The notes beneath the pieces are model-generated. The model was not told where the DNA came from. It did not search any database and saw only the letters and a list, made by a program, of their open reading frames with translations. Positions 7,302 through 17,992 of a stretch of DNA of 64,000 nucleotides are shown here, one piece after another; position 1 is the first letter of the stretch, and every line of letters begins with the position of its first letter. Both the position numbers and the translations under genes were made by a program. The DNA is taken from positions 480,001 through 544,000 of the forward strand of contig CAVSGP010000004.1 in NCBI GenBank assembly GCA_963727505.1, in the 5' to 3' direction. Origin of the DNA: an uncultured Trueperaceae bacterium. GTDB lineage: Bacteria; Deinococcota; Deinococci; Deinococcales; Trueperaceae.

Positions 7302-9428
7302 TCAGACTCCTTCGAGCTGGTCGAGCGCGCCGAGCTCCCGCAGGACCTCGGTCACCTCGCGCAACAGCGCCAGACGGTTGCTGCGCACCTCGAGCTCGTC
7401 GACCATCACCAGCACGTTGTCGAGGAACGCATCGAGCGGCGCCTTGAGCGCCAGCACGGCGCGTACCTCGTCGCCCAGCTCGCCCAGGGGCGTCGCGGGT
7501 GGAGACGCCAGGTCCCAGCCCGGCAGCGCCTCGCGCACCTGCGCGAGCAGCGCCTCCACCCCGCGGCGAGCGCCAGGCAGCGCCTCGAAGAGCGGCGCTT
7601 CGAACTCGTTGCGGAACAGGCCCGGCTTGACGTTGCGGCGGCGTTCCTCCTGGCGCGCCAGGTTGGCCGCGCGCTTGTACAGCGCCATCAGATCAGGGAA
7701 CCCCTCGTGCCCCATCAGCGAGCGCAGCAGATGCGCACGCCGCGAGGCATCGATCACGCTGCGGCTGCCCTGCACGGCGGCACGTACGACGGGGACGGGC
7801 ATGCCCTGCTCGTTGAGGAGCGAGCCGACGCGGTCCCAAAGGAAACGCTCCACCTCGGCCTCCCCCTCGGCCGGGATGTCCAGGCCGTTGGCCCGATGGG
7901 GGGCGGCGCCCTCGAGCACCACATCGGCGAGCGGCAGGCGCCAACCCTGCGCATTGAGGACTCGCGCGATGCCGAGACCGTCACGCCGGAGCGCGAAGGG
8001 ATCGGCCGAACCGGAGGGACGCTTGCCCAGCGCGAAGAAGCCCACCACCTTGTCGATGCGATCCGCAACCGCCAGGACCGCGCCGATACGTGTGGCGGGT
8101 AGCCGGTCACCCGGCCCGCGCGGCAACACGCCGTCCTCCAGCGCCACCGCGACCTCCTCGGGAAGACCCTCGGCCAGAGCATAGGCCCGCGCCATCACCC
8201 CTTCCAGCTCGGGCAGCTCGAACACCATGTCGGTGGACAGGTCGGCCCGGAAGATCGGCAGCGCCTGGTCCAGCGATGCCCGTTCCTCCCTGGGGAGATC
8301 CAGCACCTCAGCGAGACGCCCGGCCACGTCGCTGACGCGCGCGATCTTGTCGGCCATGCTCCCGAGTTCCTTCTGGAAGCCGATGCCCGACAGGCCCCAG
8401 GCGTGCTGCGACATGCTCTTGCGGCGGTCGGCGTCCCAGAAGAAGCGGGCGTCGTAGAGCCGGCCTTCGAGCACCTGCTCGTAACCCGCCCGCACCACGT
8501 CTTCGTTGGTCACACGATTGTTGGAGATCCCCACGAAGAAGCTCGCCAGGGCGCCGTCGGCGGCGTGGGTCGGGAAGAAGCGCTGGTGGTGGATCATCAC
8601 CGTGCTCAGCACCTCGTCGGGGAGCTCCAGGTAGCCTTCGTCGAAGCGACCGAGCACCGCCACCGGGTACTCGACCAGGTTGCACACCTCGGCGCGCAGC
8701 GCGGGATCGTCGTGCGCGACGAGCCCTTCCCGGCCCGCCGCCTCGCTGGCGGCGCGCCAGGTCGCCTCGTCTCGTTCCTCGGGGTCGGCCAGCACCCACG
8801 CCTCCCGAAGGACGTCGACGTACGTCGTAGCGTGGCGCAGACGCACCTCGTCCGGCGCCAGGAAGCGGTGGCCGCGGGTGGTCGCCCCCGAGCGCACGCC
8901 GGCGGCCTCGAGCTCCAGGACCGTGTCGTCGAGCATGGCCAGCAACCAGTGCACGGGCCGCATGAAGGGCGTGCTCACGTCGGCCCAGCGCATCTTGCGC
9001 GGTGCCGGCAGGTCCTCCACGAGCCCGGCCAGCAGCGCGGGCAGCACGCCGGAGGCGGAGTCGCCGCCCCGCTGGAAGCGCGCGAAGACGTAGCGTCCGC
9101 GCTCGGTGTCGCGGATCTCCAGGTCGCCGGGCTCGACGCCGCTGGACTGCGCGAAGCCGCGCGCGGCGCGGGTCGGCGCGCCGCTATCGTCGAAGGCCAC
9201 CTCGGCGGCGGGCCCGCGCCGGAGCTCTTCGCGGGTCTGGCTGCGCTCCGGCAGACCCTCGGCCAGCACCGCCAGGCGCCGTGGGGTGCTGAAACCGCGC
9301 ACCTGCTGCGCGGCCAGGCCGGCGTCCGCCAGCCGCTCCTCGAGGAGCTGCGCCAGCGCGGCGCGCCCCTCGTCGACGTACCAGCTCGGCAGCTCCTCGG
9401 TACCGATCTCGAACAGCAGGTCGGGCAT
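7302..9428 (-). CDS. glyS: Glycine--tRNA ligase beta subunit
   Basis: LLFEIGTEELP, STPRRLAV, GSADPFALRR, NRLALL. Confidence 0.96.
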   Translation of the reverse strand: MPDLLFEIGTEELPSWYVDEGRAALAQLLEERLADAGLAAQQVRGFSTPRRLAVLAEGLPERSQTREELRRGPAAEVAFDDSGAPTRAARGFAQSSGVEPGDLEIRDTERGRYVFARFQRGGDSASGVLPALLAGLVEDLPAPRKMRWADVSTPFMRPVHWLLAMLDDTVLELEAAGVRSGATTRGHRFLAPDEVRLRHATTYVDVLREAWVLADPEERDEATWRAASEAAGREGLVAHDDPALRAEVCNLVEYPVAVLGRFDEGYLELPDEVLSTVMIHHQRFFPTHAADGALASFFVGISNNRVTNEDVVRAGYEQVLEGRLYDARFFWDADRRKSMSQHAWGLSGIGFQKELGSMADKIARVSDVAGRLAEVLDLPREERASLDQALPIFRADLSTDMVFELPELEGVMARAYALAEGLPEEVAVALEDGVLPRGPGDRLPATRIGAVLAVADRIDKVVGFFALGKRPSGSADPFALRRDGLGIARVLNAQGWRLPLADVVLEGAAPHRANGLDIPAEGEAEVERFLWDRVGSLLNEQGMPVPVVRAAVQGSRSVIDASRRAHLLRSLMGHEGFPDLMALYKRAANLARQEERRRNVKPGLFRNEFEAPLFEALPGARRGVEALLAQVREALPGWDLASPPATPLGELGDEVRAVLALKAPLDAFLDNVLVMVDELEVRSNRLALLREVTEVLRELGALDQLEGV

Positions 9429-10297
9429 CAGGACGCCTCCGGAGCCGTCTCCAGCTCGCCGCGCTGGGAGAGGTACTCGCGGGCGCTGGCCTCACTCAGC
9501 CGCCGGACGCGCTGGACGTAGTTCTGGCGCTCGGTCTGCGACAGCACGCCGCGGGCGTCCAACAGGTTGAAGGCGTGCGACGCCTTCATCACGAACTCGT
9601 AGCCGGGGTGCAACAGTCCGAGCTCGAGCAGACGCCTGGCCTCGATCTCGAACTTCTCGAAGAGCAGGCGCTGCAGCTCGGCATCGGACTCCTCGAAGTT
9701 GTAGCGGCAGTGTTGCGCCTCGAAATCTCCGCGCAGCGCTCCCATCGTCACGCCCGGCGCGTACTCCACGTCGAACGCGTGATCGACGCCCTGGAGGTAC
9801 ATGGCGATGCGCTCGAGCCCGTAGGTGAGCTCCACGGACACCGGCCGGCAGTCGAAGCCGCCGACCTGCTGGAAGTAGGTGAACTGCGTGATCTCCATGC
9901 CGTCCATCCACACTTCCCAGCCCAGCCCCCAGGCCCCCAGCGTGGGCGACTCCCAGTTGTCCTCCACGAAGCGGATGTCGTGAGCGTGGGGGTCGATGCC
10001 CAGCGCGTAGAGCGAGTCGAGGTAGACCTGCTGCACGTCGAGCGGCGACGGCTTCAGCAGGACCTGGTATTGGAAGAAGTACTGGAAGCGGTAGGGGTTG
10101 TCGCCGTAGCGGCCGTCGGTCGGCCGGCGGCTGGGCGCCACGCCGGCCACGCGCCAGGGCGCCGCTCCCAGCGACCGCAAGAAGGTGGTCGGGTAGAAGG
10201 TGCCGGCCCCCACCTCGGTGTCGTGCGGCAGCGCGATCACACACCCCTGGTCCGCCCAGAAGCGATCGAGGCCGAGCATGATATCTTGAAACAGCAC
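9428..10297 (-). CDS. glyQ: Glycine--tRNA ligase alpha subunit
   Basis: [47 protein letters not shown] start with GAGGAG RBS. Confidence 0.97.
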   Translation of the reverse strand: MLFQDIMLGLDRFWADQGCVIALPHDTEVGAGTFYPTTFLRSLGAAPWRVAGVAPSRRPTDGRYGDNPYRFQYFFQYQVLLKPSPLDVQQVYLDSLYALGIDPHAHDIRFVEDNWESPTLGAWGLGWEVWMDGMEITQFTYFQQVGGFDCRPVSVELTYGLERIAMYLQGVDHAFDVEYAPGVTMGALRGDFEAQHCRYNFEESDAELQRLLFEKFEIEARRLLELGLLHPGYEFVMKASHAFNLLDARGVLSQTERQNYVQRVRRLSEASAREYLSQRGELETAPEAS

Positions 10298-10474
10298 AGA
10301 AGCTCCTCGAGGCGTACGCAGCGTTCCAGTTCGGGTCCAGCGCGGGGCAAACGTAACGAACGCCCTTTCTGGACTCACATCAGGCGGGTACTATACCATC
10401 ATGATTCGGCGGCAAAAGGCGAGCAGCATGGGGCCGAATCGACCGACGCCTCCTTCTCCCCTTCGGAGGGCACC

Positions 10475-12682
10475 TTGAACAGGTACGACGATCGAGCGAG
10501 GTTGGTCTTCCACTTCGCCCGCGAGGAGGGCTCCAAGCTCGGGCACGCCATGATCGGACCCGAGCACTTGCTTCTGGGCCTGATGCGTGAGGGGGGGACC
10601 GCCAGCAAGGTGCTGGCCGAGTTCGGCGCGACGCTGGAGGGCTTCCGGAGGCAGGTCGAGGAGATGGTGGGGCGCGGGGACGGCCTGCCCCGCAACGAGA
10701 CCGCAGCCATCACGCCCCGCGCGCGGCGCGTCATGGAGCTGGCGGGCTCGGAGGCGCGCAGCCTCGGGAGCAACGTCATCGCCACCGAGCACATCCTGCT
10801 CGGCATCATCCGGGAAGGGGACGGCGTCGCCTACCGTATCCTCCAGAACCTCACGCGGGACGTCGACACCGTGCGCTGGCGTATCCTGGCCGCCGCCGAC
10901 CCGAAGAACCAGACGGAGACGGTCAACACCCCCTTCCTCGACGAGTACGCCCGCGACCTCACCAAGGAGGCGCGCGAGGACAAGCTCGACCCGGTCATCG
11001 GCCGCACCGAGGAGATCCGCCGCGTCATCCAGATCCTGACGCGCCGCACCAAGAACAACCCGGTGCTCATCGGTGAACCAGGGGTCGGCAAGACCGCCAT
11101 CGTCGAAGGGCTCGCCCAGGCCATCGTCGAGGGGCGCGTACCGCCCAACCTCACCAACGTGCGGGTGCTGTCGATCGACCTCAGCAACATCGTGGCCGGC
11201 ACCAAGTACCGCGGCGAGTTCGAGGAGCGGCTGCGGCAGGTCATCGAGGAGCTGCGCAACGCCAAGGTCGTGGCCTTCATCGACGAGCTGCACACGCTCG
11301 TGGGCGCCGGCGGGGCCGAGGGAACGCTCGACGCCGCGAACATCCTGAAGCCTCCCCTGTCGCGGGGCGAGGTACAGGTGATCGGCGCCACCACGACTGG
11401 CGAGTACCACAGGTACATCGAGAAGGATGCGGCCCTGGAAAGGCGCTTCCAGCCCGTCATCGTGTTGGAGCCCTCCCCCGAGGAGTCGCTGGAGATCCTG
11501 GAGGGCCTGCGCGAGAAGTACGAGTCCCACCACGGCGTGATCATCCCGCAGGAGATGCTGCGGATGTCCGTGCGCTACGGCGAGCGCAGCTTGCCGGGCC
11601 GCAACTTCCCCGACAAGGCGATCGATCTCATCGACGAGGCCGCCGCCCGCACGCGGCTCAACAAGTCGCTCGGCTTCCCGGTGCTCGAGGAGGAGGACGG
11701 CACACCCGTCGTCACCCGCGAGGACCTCGAGGCGGTCGTGAACTCCTGGGGGGGCATCTACGTCGACGAGGCCGATTCCGAGAAGCTGGCCCACATCGAG
11801 GAGAACCTGGAGCGCAGCGTGGTCGGTCAGAGCAAGGCGATCAAGGCGCTCGCCTCGGCACTGCGGCGCGCGCGGGTCGGCCTCGGCGGCCGGACCCGGG
11901 TGGCCGCCTCGTTCATGTTCGTCGGTCCGTCGGGCGTGGGCAAGACCTTCCTGGCCAAGCAGCTCGCCCTCGAGCTCTTCGGCAGCGAGCGGGCGCTGGT
12001 GCGTCTCGACATGTCCGAGTTCCAGGAGTCCCACAGCATCTCCAAGCTCATCGGGGCACCTCCCGGCTACGTCGGCCACGAGCAGGGCGGTCGGCTGACC
12101 GAGGCGGTGCGCCGCCAGCCGTTCAGCGTGGTGCTGCTCGACGAGATCGAGAAGGCGCACGCCGACATCTACAACACCTTCCTGCAGGTGCTCGACGACG
12201 GCCGCCTCACCGACGGCCTGGGCCGCACGGTCGATTTCCGTCGCGTCATCCTGATCATGACGAGCAACACCGGCTTCAACCGGGGCTCCACCATCGGCTT
12301 CCAGGAGGAGGGCAAGCAGGACTCCAACTCGCCGCTGAAGGGCATCTTCAGCCCGGAGTTCCTGGACCGCCTCGACGAGGTCATCGTGTTCGAGACCTTC
12401 GACCGCGCGGGCATCGTCGTGATCACCGAGCAGATGCTCGAGGACATCCGGAGCGAGCTCGCCGGCCGCGACATCCACGTCACCTTCTCCAAGGAGGTCG
12501 CGGAGTTCCTCGTCGACAAGCTGCCGCGCGGAGAGAGCGCCCGCCCCATGCGCGGCATCATCCGCGAGCACATCGAGGACCCGCTCTCCCTGGAGATCCT
12601 GCAGCACGGCTCCGAGGAGCCCCTGCTCGTCACCGTCGAAGAGGGCCGCGTGGTCTTCGCGCGACCCGTACCGATGGTCTGA
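10475..12682 (+). CDS. clpC: ATP-dependent Clp protease ATPase subunit, ClpC/ClpA type
   Basis: Double Clp-N repeats, GEPGVGKT and GPSGVGKT Walker A motifs, IGF loop (STIGFQ); TTG start with GGAGGG RBS. Confidence 0.92.
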   Translation: MNRYDDRARLVFHFAREEGSKLGHAMIGPEHLLLGLMREGGTASKVLAEFGATLEGFRRQVEEMVGRGDGLPRNETAAITPRARRVMELAGSEARSLGSNVIATEHILLGIIREGDGVAYRILQNLTRDVDTVRWRILAAADPKNQTETVNTPFLDEYARDLTKEAREDKLDPVIGRTEEIRRVIQILTRRTKNNPVLIGEPGVGKTAIVEGLAQAIVEGRVPPNLTNVRVLSIDLSNIVAGTKYRGEFEERLRQVIEELRNAKVVAFIDELHTLVGAGGAEGTLDAANILKPPLSRGEVQVIGATTTGEYHRYIEKDAALERRFQPVIVLEPSPEESLEILEGLREKYESHHGVIIPQEMLRMSVRYGERSLPGRNFPDKAIDLIDEAAARTRLNKSLGFPVLEEEDGTPVVTREDLEAVVNSWGGIYVDEADSEKLAHIEENLERSVVGQSKAIKALASALRRARVGLGGRTRVAASFMFVGPSGVGKTFLAKQLALELFGSERALVRLDMSEFQESHSISKLIGAPPGYVGHEQGGRLTEAVRRQPFSVVLLDEIEKAHADIYNTFLQVLDDGRLTDGLGRTVDFRRVILIMTSNTGFNRGSTIGFQEEGKQDSNSPLKGIFSPEFLDRLDEVIVFETFDRAGIVVITEQMLEDIRSELAGRDIHVTFSKEVAEFLVDKLPRGESARPMRGIIREHIEDPLSLEILQHGSEEPLLVTVEEGRVVFARPVPMV

Positions 12683-12823
12683 TTCTGACGTGCCACGCTC
12701 CCGGAGCGCCGTCCGAACGTCGGCCCGGGAGGGCATCGTTGCCGAGAACGCCCAACGGCTCGGGTCGGGCCGCGGTATCGTGACCGGTATGTGGCCGACT
12801 GTGCCCTGGGGGAGGGTGATGCC

Positions 12824-14161
12824 GTGGCTCGCGTGAGCGTCCGTTATGTGTGCCGCGAGTGTGGCGGCCACTCCGCCACGCCCATGGGCCGTTGCCCGCG
12901 TTGTGGGGCCTGGAACAGCCTGGACGAGGAGGTGCTCGGCGGCGACGCCGGCCCCCGAACCTCGGCGCGTACGCCCACCCACCGCATCTCGCCCGTCGCC
13001 CTCGAGTCCGTCACCGACGCTCAACTCGTGCGTCTCGGCTCGGGCGAAGCAGAGGTCGATCGCGTCCTCGGGGGCGGTTGGGTCCCCGGTTCCGCGGTCC
13101 TGCTGGCCGGCGAGCCCGGCATCGGCAAGTCGACCCTGCTGCTGCAGCTCGCGCACCACGCGGTGGAAGCGGGGCGCAGCACGCTCTACGTGGCGGGCGA
13201 GGAGTCGCTCGCTCAGGTGCGGCTTCGGGCCGAGCGGTTAGGGCTGTCACGCGGCGTCCTGTTGACGCGTGAGACCGACGCCGGGGCGCTCGCCGAGCAC
13301 CTGCGGGCCACCGCCCCCGACCTCGTCATCGTCGACTCCATCCAGACCCTGCTGGCCGATCCCGACGGCACGCCCGGAACGCTCAGCCAGGTGCGCGACG
13401 GCACGGCGCTGCTCGTCGCGGCGGCCAAGGAGAGCGGCAGCACCCTGGTGCTCATCGGCCACGTCACCAAGCAGGGGTCGATCGCCGGCCCCAAGGTCAT
13501 CGAGCACGTGGTCGACGCCACCTTCGCCTTGGAATCCGCAGCCGGGTTGCGGGTGCTGCGCGCCATGAAGAACCGCTACGGGCCGGCCGGCGAGGTCGGC
13601 GTCTTCGACATGGCGCAGTCCGGCATGCGCGCGGTGCCGAACCCGTCGGAGGCGTTCCTGGCCGAACGGCCTCACGGCGTGCCGGGGTCGATCGTGCTGG
13701 CGGCGCTGGAGGGGCAGCGGCCTCTGCTGCTCGAAGTGCAGGCGCTTGCCTCCAAGACGCCCTACGCTTCGCCCCGGCGGGTGGTGCAGGGGCTCGAGCA
13801 GCGCCGTGTCGACGTGGTGCTGGCCGTGCTGGAACGCCGGCTCGACCTGCCGCTCGCCGATCTCGACATCTTCGTGAACGTCGCTGGCGGACTCCGACTC
13901 ACCGATCCGGGCGCCGATCTCGCGGTAGCGCTGGCCGTGTACTCGGCGGTCACGAACCGCTCGGTGCCGGAGCGCACCGCCGTGGTGGGCGAGGTGGGGC
14001 TGGCGGGCGAGGTGCGCTCGGTCGGCCATCTCGGGCGCCGCCTCGAGGAAGCGCGGCGCGCCGACCATCCGCACCTGGTGGGCCCGCGCTCGCGCGAGCT
14101 CGACGGCGGCGTTGCCGACCTGCGCCAGGCGATCGCGCGCGTCTGGAGGGAGGCGTCATGA
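12824..14161 (+). CDS. radA: DNA repair protein RadA/Sms
   Basis: C4 zinc finger, GEPGIGKST, KNRYG motif, Lon-like C-terminus. Confidence 0.95.
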   Translation: MARVSVRYVCRECGGHSATPMGRCPRCGAWNSLDEEVLGGDAGPRTSARTPTHRISPVALESVTDAQLVRLGSGEAEVDRVLGGGWVPGSAVLLAGEPGIGKSTLLLQLAHHAVEAGRSTLYVAGEESLAQVRLRAERLGLSRGVLLTRETDAGALAEHLRATAPDLVIVDSIQTLLADPDGTPGTLSQVRDGTALLVAAAKESGSTLVLIGHVTKQGSIAGPKVIEHVVDATFALESAAGLRVLRAMKNRYGPAGEVGVFDMAQSGMRAVPNPSEAFLAERPHGVPGSIVLAALEGQRPLLLEVQALASKTPYASPRRVVQGLEQRRVDVVLAVLERRLDLPLADLDIFVNVAGGLRLTDPGADLAVALAVYSAVTNRSVPERTAVVGEVGLAGEVRSVGHLGRRLEEARRADHPHLVGPRSRELDGGVADLRQAIARVWREAS

Positions 14162-15225
14162 GCGACTCGGCGAACACCGCAACCTTCCTGGCGCGCGCGG
14201 TCTTCAGCCTCATCGGAGCGCTCGTGGGCTACGGGCTGGCCGTGCTGCTGCTCGATCGCGGCCTGCTGACGGGGCCGAACAACCTGCTCTACCTCACGCT
14301 TCTCGGGCTCCTCGCCGCCTACCTGGCAGGCGGCACGATGGCGCACCGCACGGCTCGCGCCTGGGACCGGCTGGTGACGCGGGCGTCCAAGACGCCACCC
14401 GAGGCGGTCCTGGCCGCGGGCACCGGCGCCACGGTGGCGCTCCTGGTGACGGTGCTGCTGAACAACCTGCTGGCCACGGTGCCGGGTTTCACCTGGTACT
14501 GGTCGCTGCTCATCGCAGTGGTGCTTGTCGCGTCCTCAACGTCGTTCTTCGTCGTCAACCGGCAGCTGTTCACCTTCAACCGGCCGCAGGGCCCGGTGGT
14601 GCCCCGGCCCGGCAGCCTGCGCGACAAGGTGATCGACACCTCCGCCATCATCGACGGGCGCATCGCCGACGTGGCCGAGTCCAACTTCGTCGACGGCACG
14701 TTGCTCATCCCCAACTTCGTCCTCAGCGAGCTGCAACGCATCGCCGATTCCGACGAGCCGCTCCGGCGCCAGCGCGGACGTCGGGGGCTGGAGGTGCTCG
14801 ACCGGATCGCCAAGGAGCAGAGCATCCCCACCGAGGTCATCCACGACGACCCCGCCTCCGCCACGGCGGTCGACGAGAAGCTCGTCCGGGTGTGCCAGGC
14901 ACGCGGCGCCGACCTCATCACCACCGACTACAACCTGAGCCGGGTGGCCGCACTGCAGGGAGTGCGGGTGCTCAACCTGCACCAGCTCGCCAACTCCGTG
15001 AAGGCCACCTTCCTACCGGGCGAGAGGCTTTCGCTGAGCATCGTGCGTACAGGCCGCGAGCAGGGCCAGGGACTCGCCTACCTCGAAGACGGCACCATGG
15101 TGGTCGTGGAGGACGCCAGCGAGCTGGTCGGTCGCACCGTCGAGGTGATGGTGACGAGCAGCCTGCAGACCAACATGGGTCGCATGATCTTCGCGCGTCT
15201 CGGGGAGCCGGAGGACTTGGGCTGA
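14158..15225 (+). CDS. Membrane PIN/TRAM domain protein (YacL family)
   Basis: N-terminal transmembrane helices, VIDTSAIIDGRI, TTDYNL, YLEDGTMVVVE; clpC-radA-yacL synteny. Confidence 0.9.
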   Translation: MSDSANTATFLARAVFSLIGALVGYGLAVLLLDRGLLTGPNNLLYLTLLGLLAAYLAGGTMAHRTARAWDRLVTRASKTPPEAVLAAGTGATVALLVTVLLNNLLATVPGFTWYWSLLIAVVLVASSTSFFVVNRQLFTFNRPQGPVVPRPGSLRDKVIDTSAIIDGRIADVAESNFVDGTLLIPNFVLSELQRIADSDEPLRRQRGRRGLEVLDRIAKEQSIPTEVIHDDPASATAVDEKLVRVCQARGADLITTDYNLSRVAALQGVRVLNLHQLANSVKATFLPGERLSLSIVRTGREQGQGLAYLEDGTMVVVEDASELVGRTVEVMVTSSLQTNMGRMIFARLGEPEDLG

Positions 15226-15273
15226 ACCCCCCCGGCTTGCGGGAAACGATGTCCTGCACGTTCGCAAGCGCGC

Positions 15274-15302
15274 TTGACAGGCATGCGCGGCCCGCGTATC
15301 CT
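15274..15302 (+). promoter_or_regulatory. Sigma70-type promoter of tRNA-Ala
   Basis: TTGACA, 17 nt spacer, TATCCT. Confidence 0.7.
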
Positions 15303-15356
15303 CAAGGGCGCGCGGTGGCGCAGGCACCGTCATGCACGGTGTTGCGCGCCCATCGA

Positions 15357-15432
15357 GGGGCCTTAGCTCAGCTGGGAGAGCATTCGCTTTGCAAGCGAAG
15401 GGTCGCCGGTTCGAATCCGGCAGGCTCCACCA
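15357..15432 (+). tRNA. tRNA-Ala(TGC)
   Basis: Full 76-nt cloverleaf, G3:U70 pair, anticodon loop TTTGCAA, GGTTCGAATCC, encoded CCA. Confidence 0.97.
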
Positions 15433-15607
15433 AATGTTCGGGACAGCGCTCCGGCAGTCGCTCTTGACTCGCCGGAGCGCCCATTTGGACCGCCGAACTT
15501 GGCCCTTCGCGAGCGCGCTCTGGTCGCCGGTCCAACGTGGCCGCATCCCACGCGACCCGATCCGTGTACCTCGATGCGCCGCTCCGTCTCCATCGCCGGA
15601 CCCGAGG

Positions 15608-16384
15608 TCAGGGGCTGGCCGGCTGGAACACGAGCGGCACCGGCGGAGCCAGTCCCACCACCTCCGATAGCCCGCTCAACCCTTTGAAGGCAGGGTCGAG
15701 CGTGATGGCGCTCGTCGTGGCCCGCCCCACCAGCAGATCCGCCAGGCAGGTGCCTGCGATGTCGTTCACCAGCAGGGTCATGTCGGCCGTTCCGTCGGAT
15801 TCCGGCACCGTCTTCGGAAGCTCGACGAGGGGGCGTGCATCGGCCACCTCGGCAGCCGTGGCCTTGCTGCAGCTCTTGAGATCGAAGCGCATGGCCACGT
15901 CGGCGCCGCCTCCGCTATCGACCCAGCTTACGGGGAAGGCCGCACGTTCGGTGAAGGCGTCGCCGCTGCTCGGCGCTGTGATCGCGAACGGGGCCGGAAC
16001 GGTGACGCGCGTGGCGGGCGCGTCCGCACCGTCGACGCGCGTCACCGCGATCACCAGCTCGTCGCCCGGGGACACGCCGGTGATCTGGGCAAGGTAGGCG
16101 GCGTTGTAGTTCACATCCTTGCCGAAGCTCATCGGGGTGGTGACGCCGTGCGCGTCCGTGACGGTGACGGAGCCGCCGGAGGCGAACTGGACGAGACCGG
16201 CCAGACCGTTGCGGAACGACGCGCTCACGTCGACCGTTCCGCTGGGATAGGCCTCGACATAGACGCTCACGGTGAGATCCGAGGTGGCGACCCCGGTCGA
16301 ACCGATCACGTTGCAGGCCGACAACGACCCGATAACGAGCAAGATCGCGATCGATCCTGCCACGACTCGTGCCAATGCGCGCAT
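15608..16384 (-). CDS. Hypothetical lipoprotein
   Basis: Signal peptide with lipobox LSAC; beta-rich sequence; GGAGGGG upstream. Confidence 0.7.
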   Translation of the reverse strand: MRALARVVAGSIAILLVIGSLSACNVIGSTGVATSDLTVSVYVEAYPSGTVDVSASFRNGLAGLVQFASGGSVTVTDAHGVTTPMSFGKDVNYNAAYLAQITGVSPGDELVIAVTRVDGADAPATRVTVPAPFAITAPSSGDAFTERAAFPVSWVDSGGGADVAMRFDLKSCSKATAAEVADARPLVELPKTVPESDGTADMTLLVNDIAGTCLADLLVGRATTSAITLDPAFKGLSGLSEVVGLAPPVPLVFQPASP

Positions 16385-16689
16385 GACGACTCCCCCCTCC
16401 AACTTCTCTACGATGTTTTTCCCCTGACGCTAGCGCGCAGCCACTTCGGGCGCTACGGCAGCAAACACGACTTGCACCCTTGGAGGGCACGCGACCAAGC
16501 CGATGGCTCCGCATGCAAACCGACCGCCGGCATCTCTTCTGCCCCCGTCCGATCCCCGTGACCGAGCGCCTCACATCAGAGGGTTCGGCTACGAGTGCGG
16601 GGGCACACCGGCAAGCGCGACGAGAGGGGGTTGATGCCGCGCCGGCACACCTCGCGTAGCGACCCGAACGCCGCCGGCTAGACTGGCCC

Positions 16690-17679
16690 ATGCCGAAGGC
16701 CCGCGTGTTCATCACCCGCCGCCTCCCCGAGGCCGGCCTGGCCCCGCTCCGCGATGCCGACATCGAGATCGACATGCGCGCCGCGGACGATCCCATCGAT
16801 CGTGAGGGTCTGCTGGCCGGCGCCACGGGCGCCGACGCCGTCATCACCCTGCTGACCGACCGCGTCGACGCGGCGTTCCTGAGCGCCGCCGGCGACCGGC
16901 TCCGGATCGTGGCGAACTACGCCGTCGGCTACGACAACATCGACCTGGCCGCCTGTACGCGGCGCGGGGTCGCGGTCGCCAACACCCCCGACGTCCTCAC
17001 CGAAGCCACCGCCGACCAGGCCTTCGCCCTGCTCCTCAGCGTCGCCCGGCGCGTGCGCGAGGGACACGAGCTGGTCGCCTCAGGTGCATGGACGGGCTGG
17101 GAGCCGCTGCAGCTCCTGGGCCGAGATGTGGGTGGGGCGACCCTCGGCATCGTGGGCATGGGCCGGATCGGGCGCGCCGTGGCCCGGCGCGCCCGGGGCT
17201 TCGGCATGAACGTGCTCTACCACAACCGTCACCGCGACCCCGAGACCGAGCGCGAGCTGGGGCCACGCTACGTGGACCTCGGCGAATTGGTCGCGGCCAG
17301 CGACTTCATCAGTCTCCACGCCCCCCTCACCGAGGCAACGCGCCACCTCATCGACGCCGCAGCGCTCGCGCGCATGAAGCCCACGGCCATCCTCATCAAC
17401 ACCGCTCGCGGGCCCGTCGTGGACGAGGCAGCGCTGGCGAACGCGCTTCGACGCGGGGCCCTGGGGGGCGCGGGTCTGGACGTCTTCGAACACGAGCCCC
17501 AGGTGCACGCCGGCCTCATGGAGCTCGACAACGTGGTGTTGACGCCCCACACCGGCTCCGCCACCGAGAGCGCCCGCACGGCGATGGCGCGGTTGGCGTC
17601 CGAGGCGGTGGTTGCCGCGCTCGCAGGACGCACAACCGGCAACATCCTGAACCTGGAAGCGCTCGATTCGGCCTCGTAG
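16690..17679 (+). CDS. D-glycerate dehydrogenase / glyoxylate reductase (D-2-hydroxyacid dehydrogenase family)
   Basis: GIVGMGRIG, NTARG, LDVFEHEP, TPHTGS. Confidence 0.9.
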   Translation: MPKARVFITRRLPEAGLAPLRDADIEIDMRAADDPIDREGLLAGATGADAVITLLTDRVDAAFLSAAGDRLRIVANYAVGYDNIDLAACTRRGVAVANTPDVLTEATADQAFALLLSVARRVREGHELVASGAWTGWEPLQLLGRDVGGATLGIVGMGRIGRAVARRARGFGMNVLYHNRHRDPETERELGPRYVDLGELVAASDFISLHAPLTEATRHLIDAAALARMKPTAILINTARGPVVDEAALANALRRGALGGAGLDVFEHEPQVHAGLMELDNVVLTPHTGSATESARTAMARLASEAVVAALAGRTTGNILNLEALDSAS

Positions 17680-17992
17680 GTCGCCGGTTCGCAACCTACA
17701 AGAGACAAACGTCCCGAATTCGCCACCCGTTTGCGGCGCTAGTGATAGACTCGGCCAGGTGCGGCAACCTGGCTCCGTGTTCGACAAGAGCGGGCCGGGG
17801 CGCCAAACCGAGGGCCCACACCTTCCCATCAACACGCCCGTGAGCGGTTCATCGTGTCGGGCGTAAGTACCTTCAGGAGCGCCGGGGCACTGCGCGGGGG
17901 TCGAAGGGAACGGTACGTCGGTGGGAGCGTGGCCCCAAACCAAGACCAGGGTGGAGGCTCAGCGCCGGTCCGCCCCCGTGGAGTGAGCGTGC

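Noticed and set aside
9575..10474. 300-aa N-terminal extension of ClpC in the ORF track
   Set aside because: Overlaps glyQ on the opposite strand; the TTG at 10475 has a good RBS
10391..13159. 922-aa minus-strand ORF, and similar long antisense ORFs at 24453-26606, 43635-45680 and 51760-53754
   Set aside because: Antisense shadows of clpC/radA, gyrB, the EAL gene and the kinase gene
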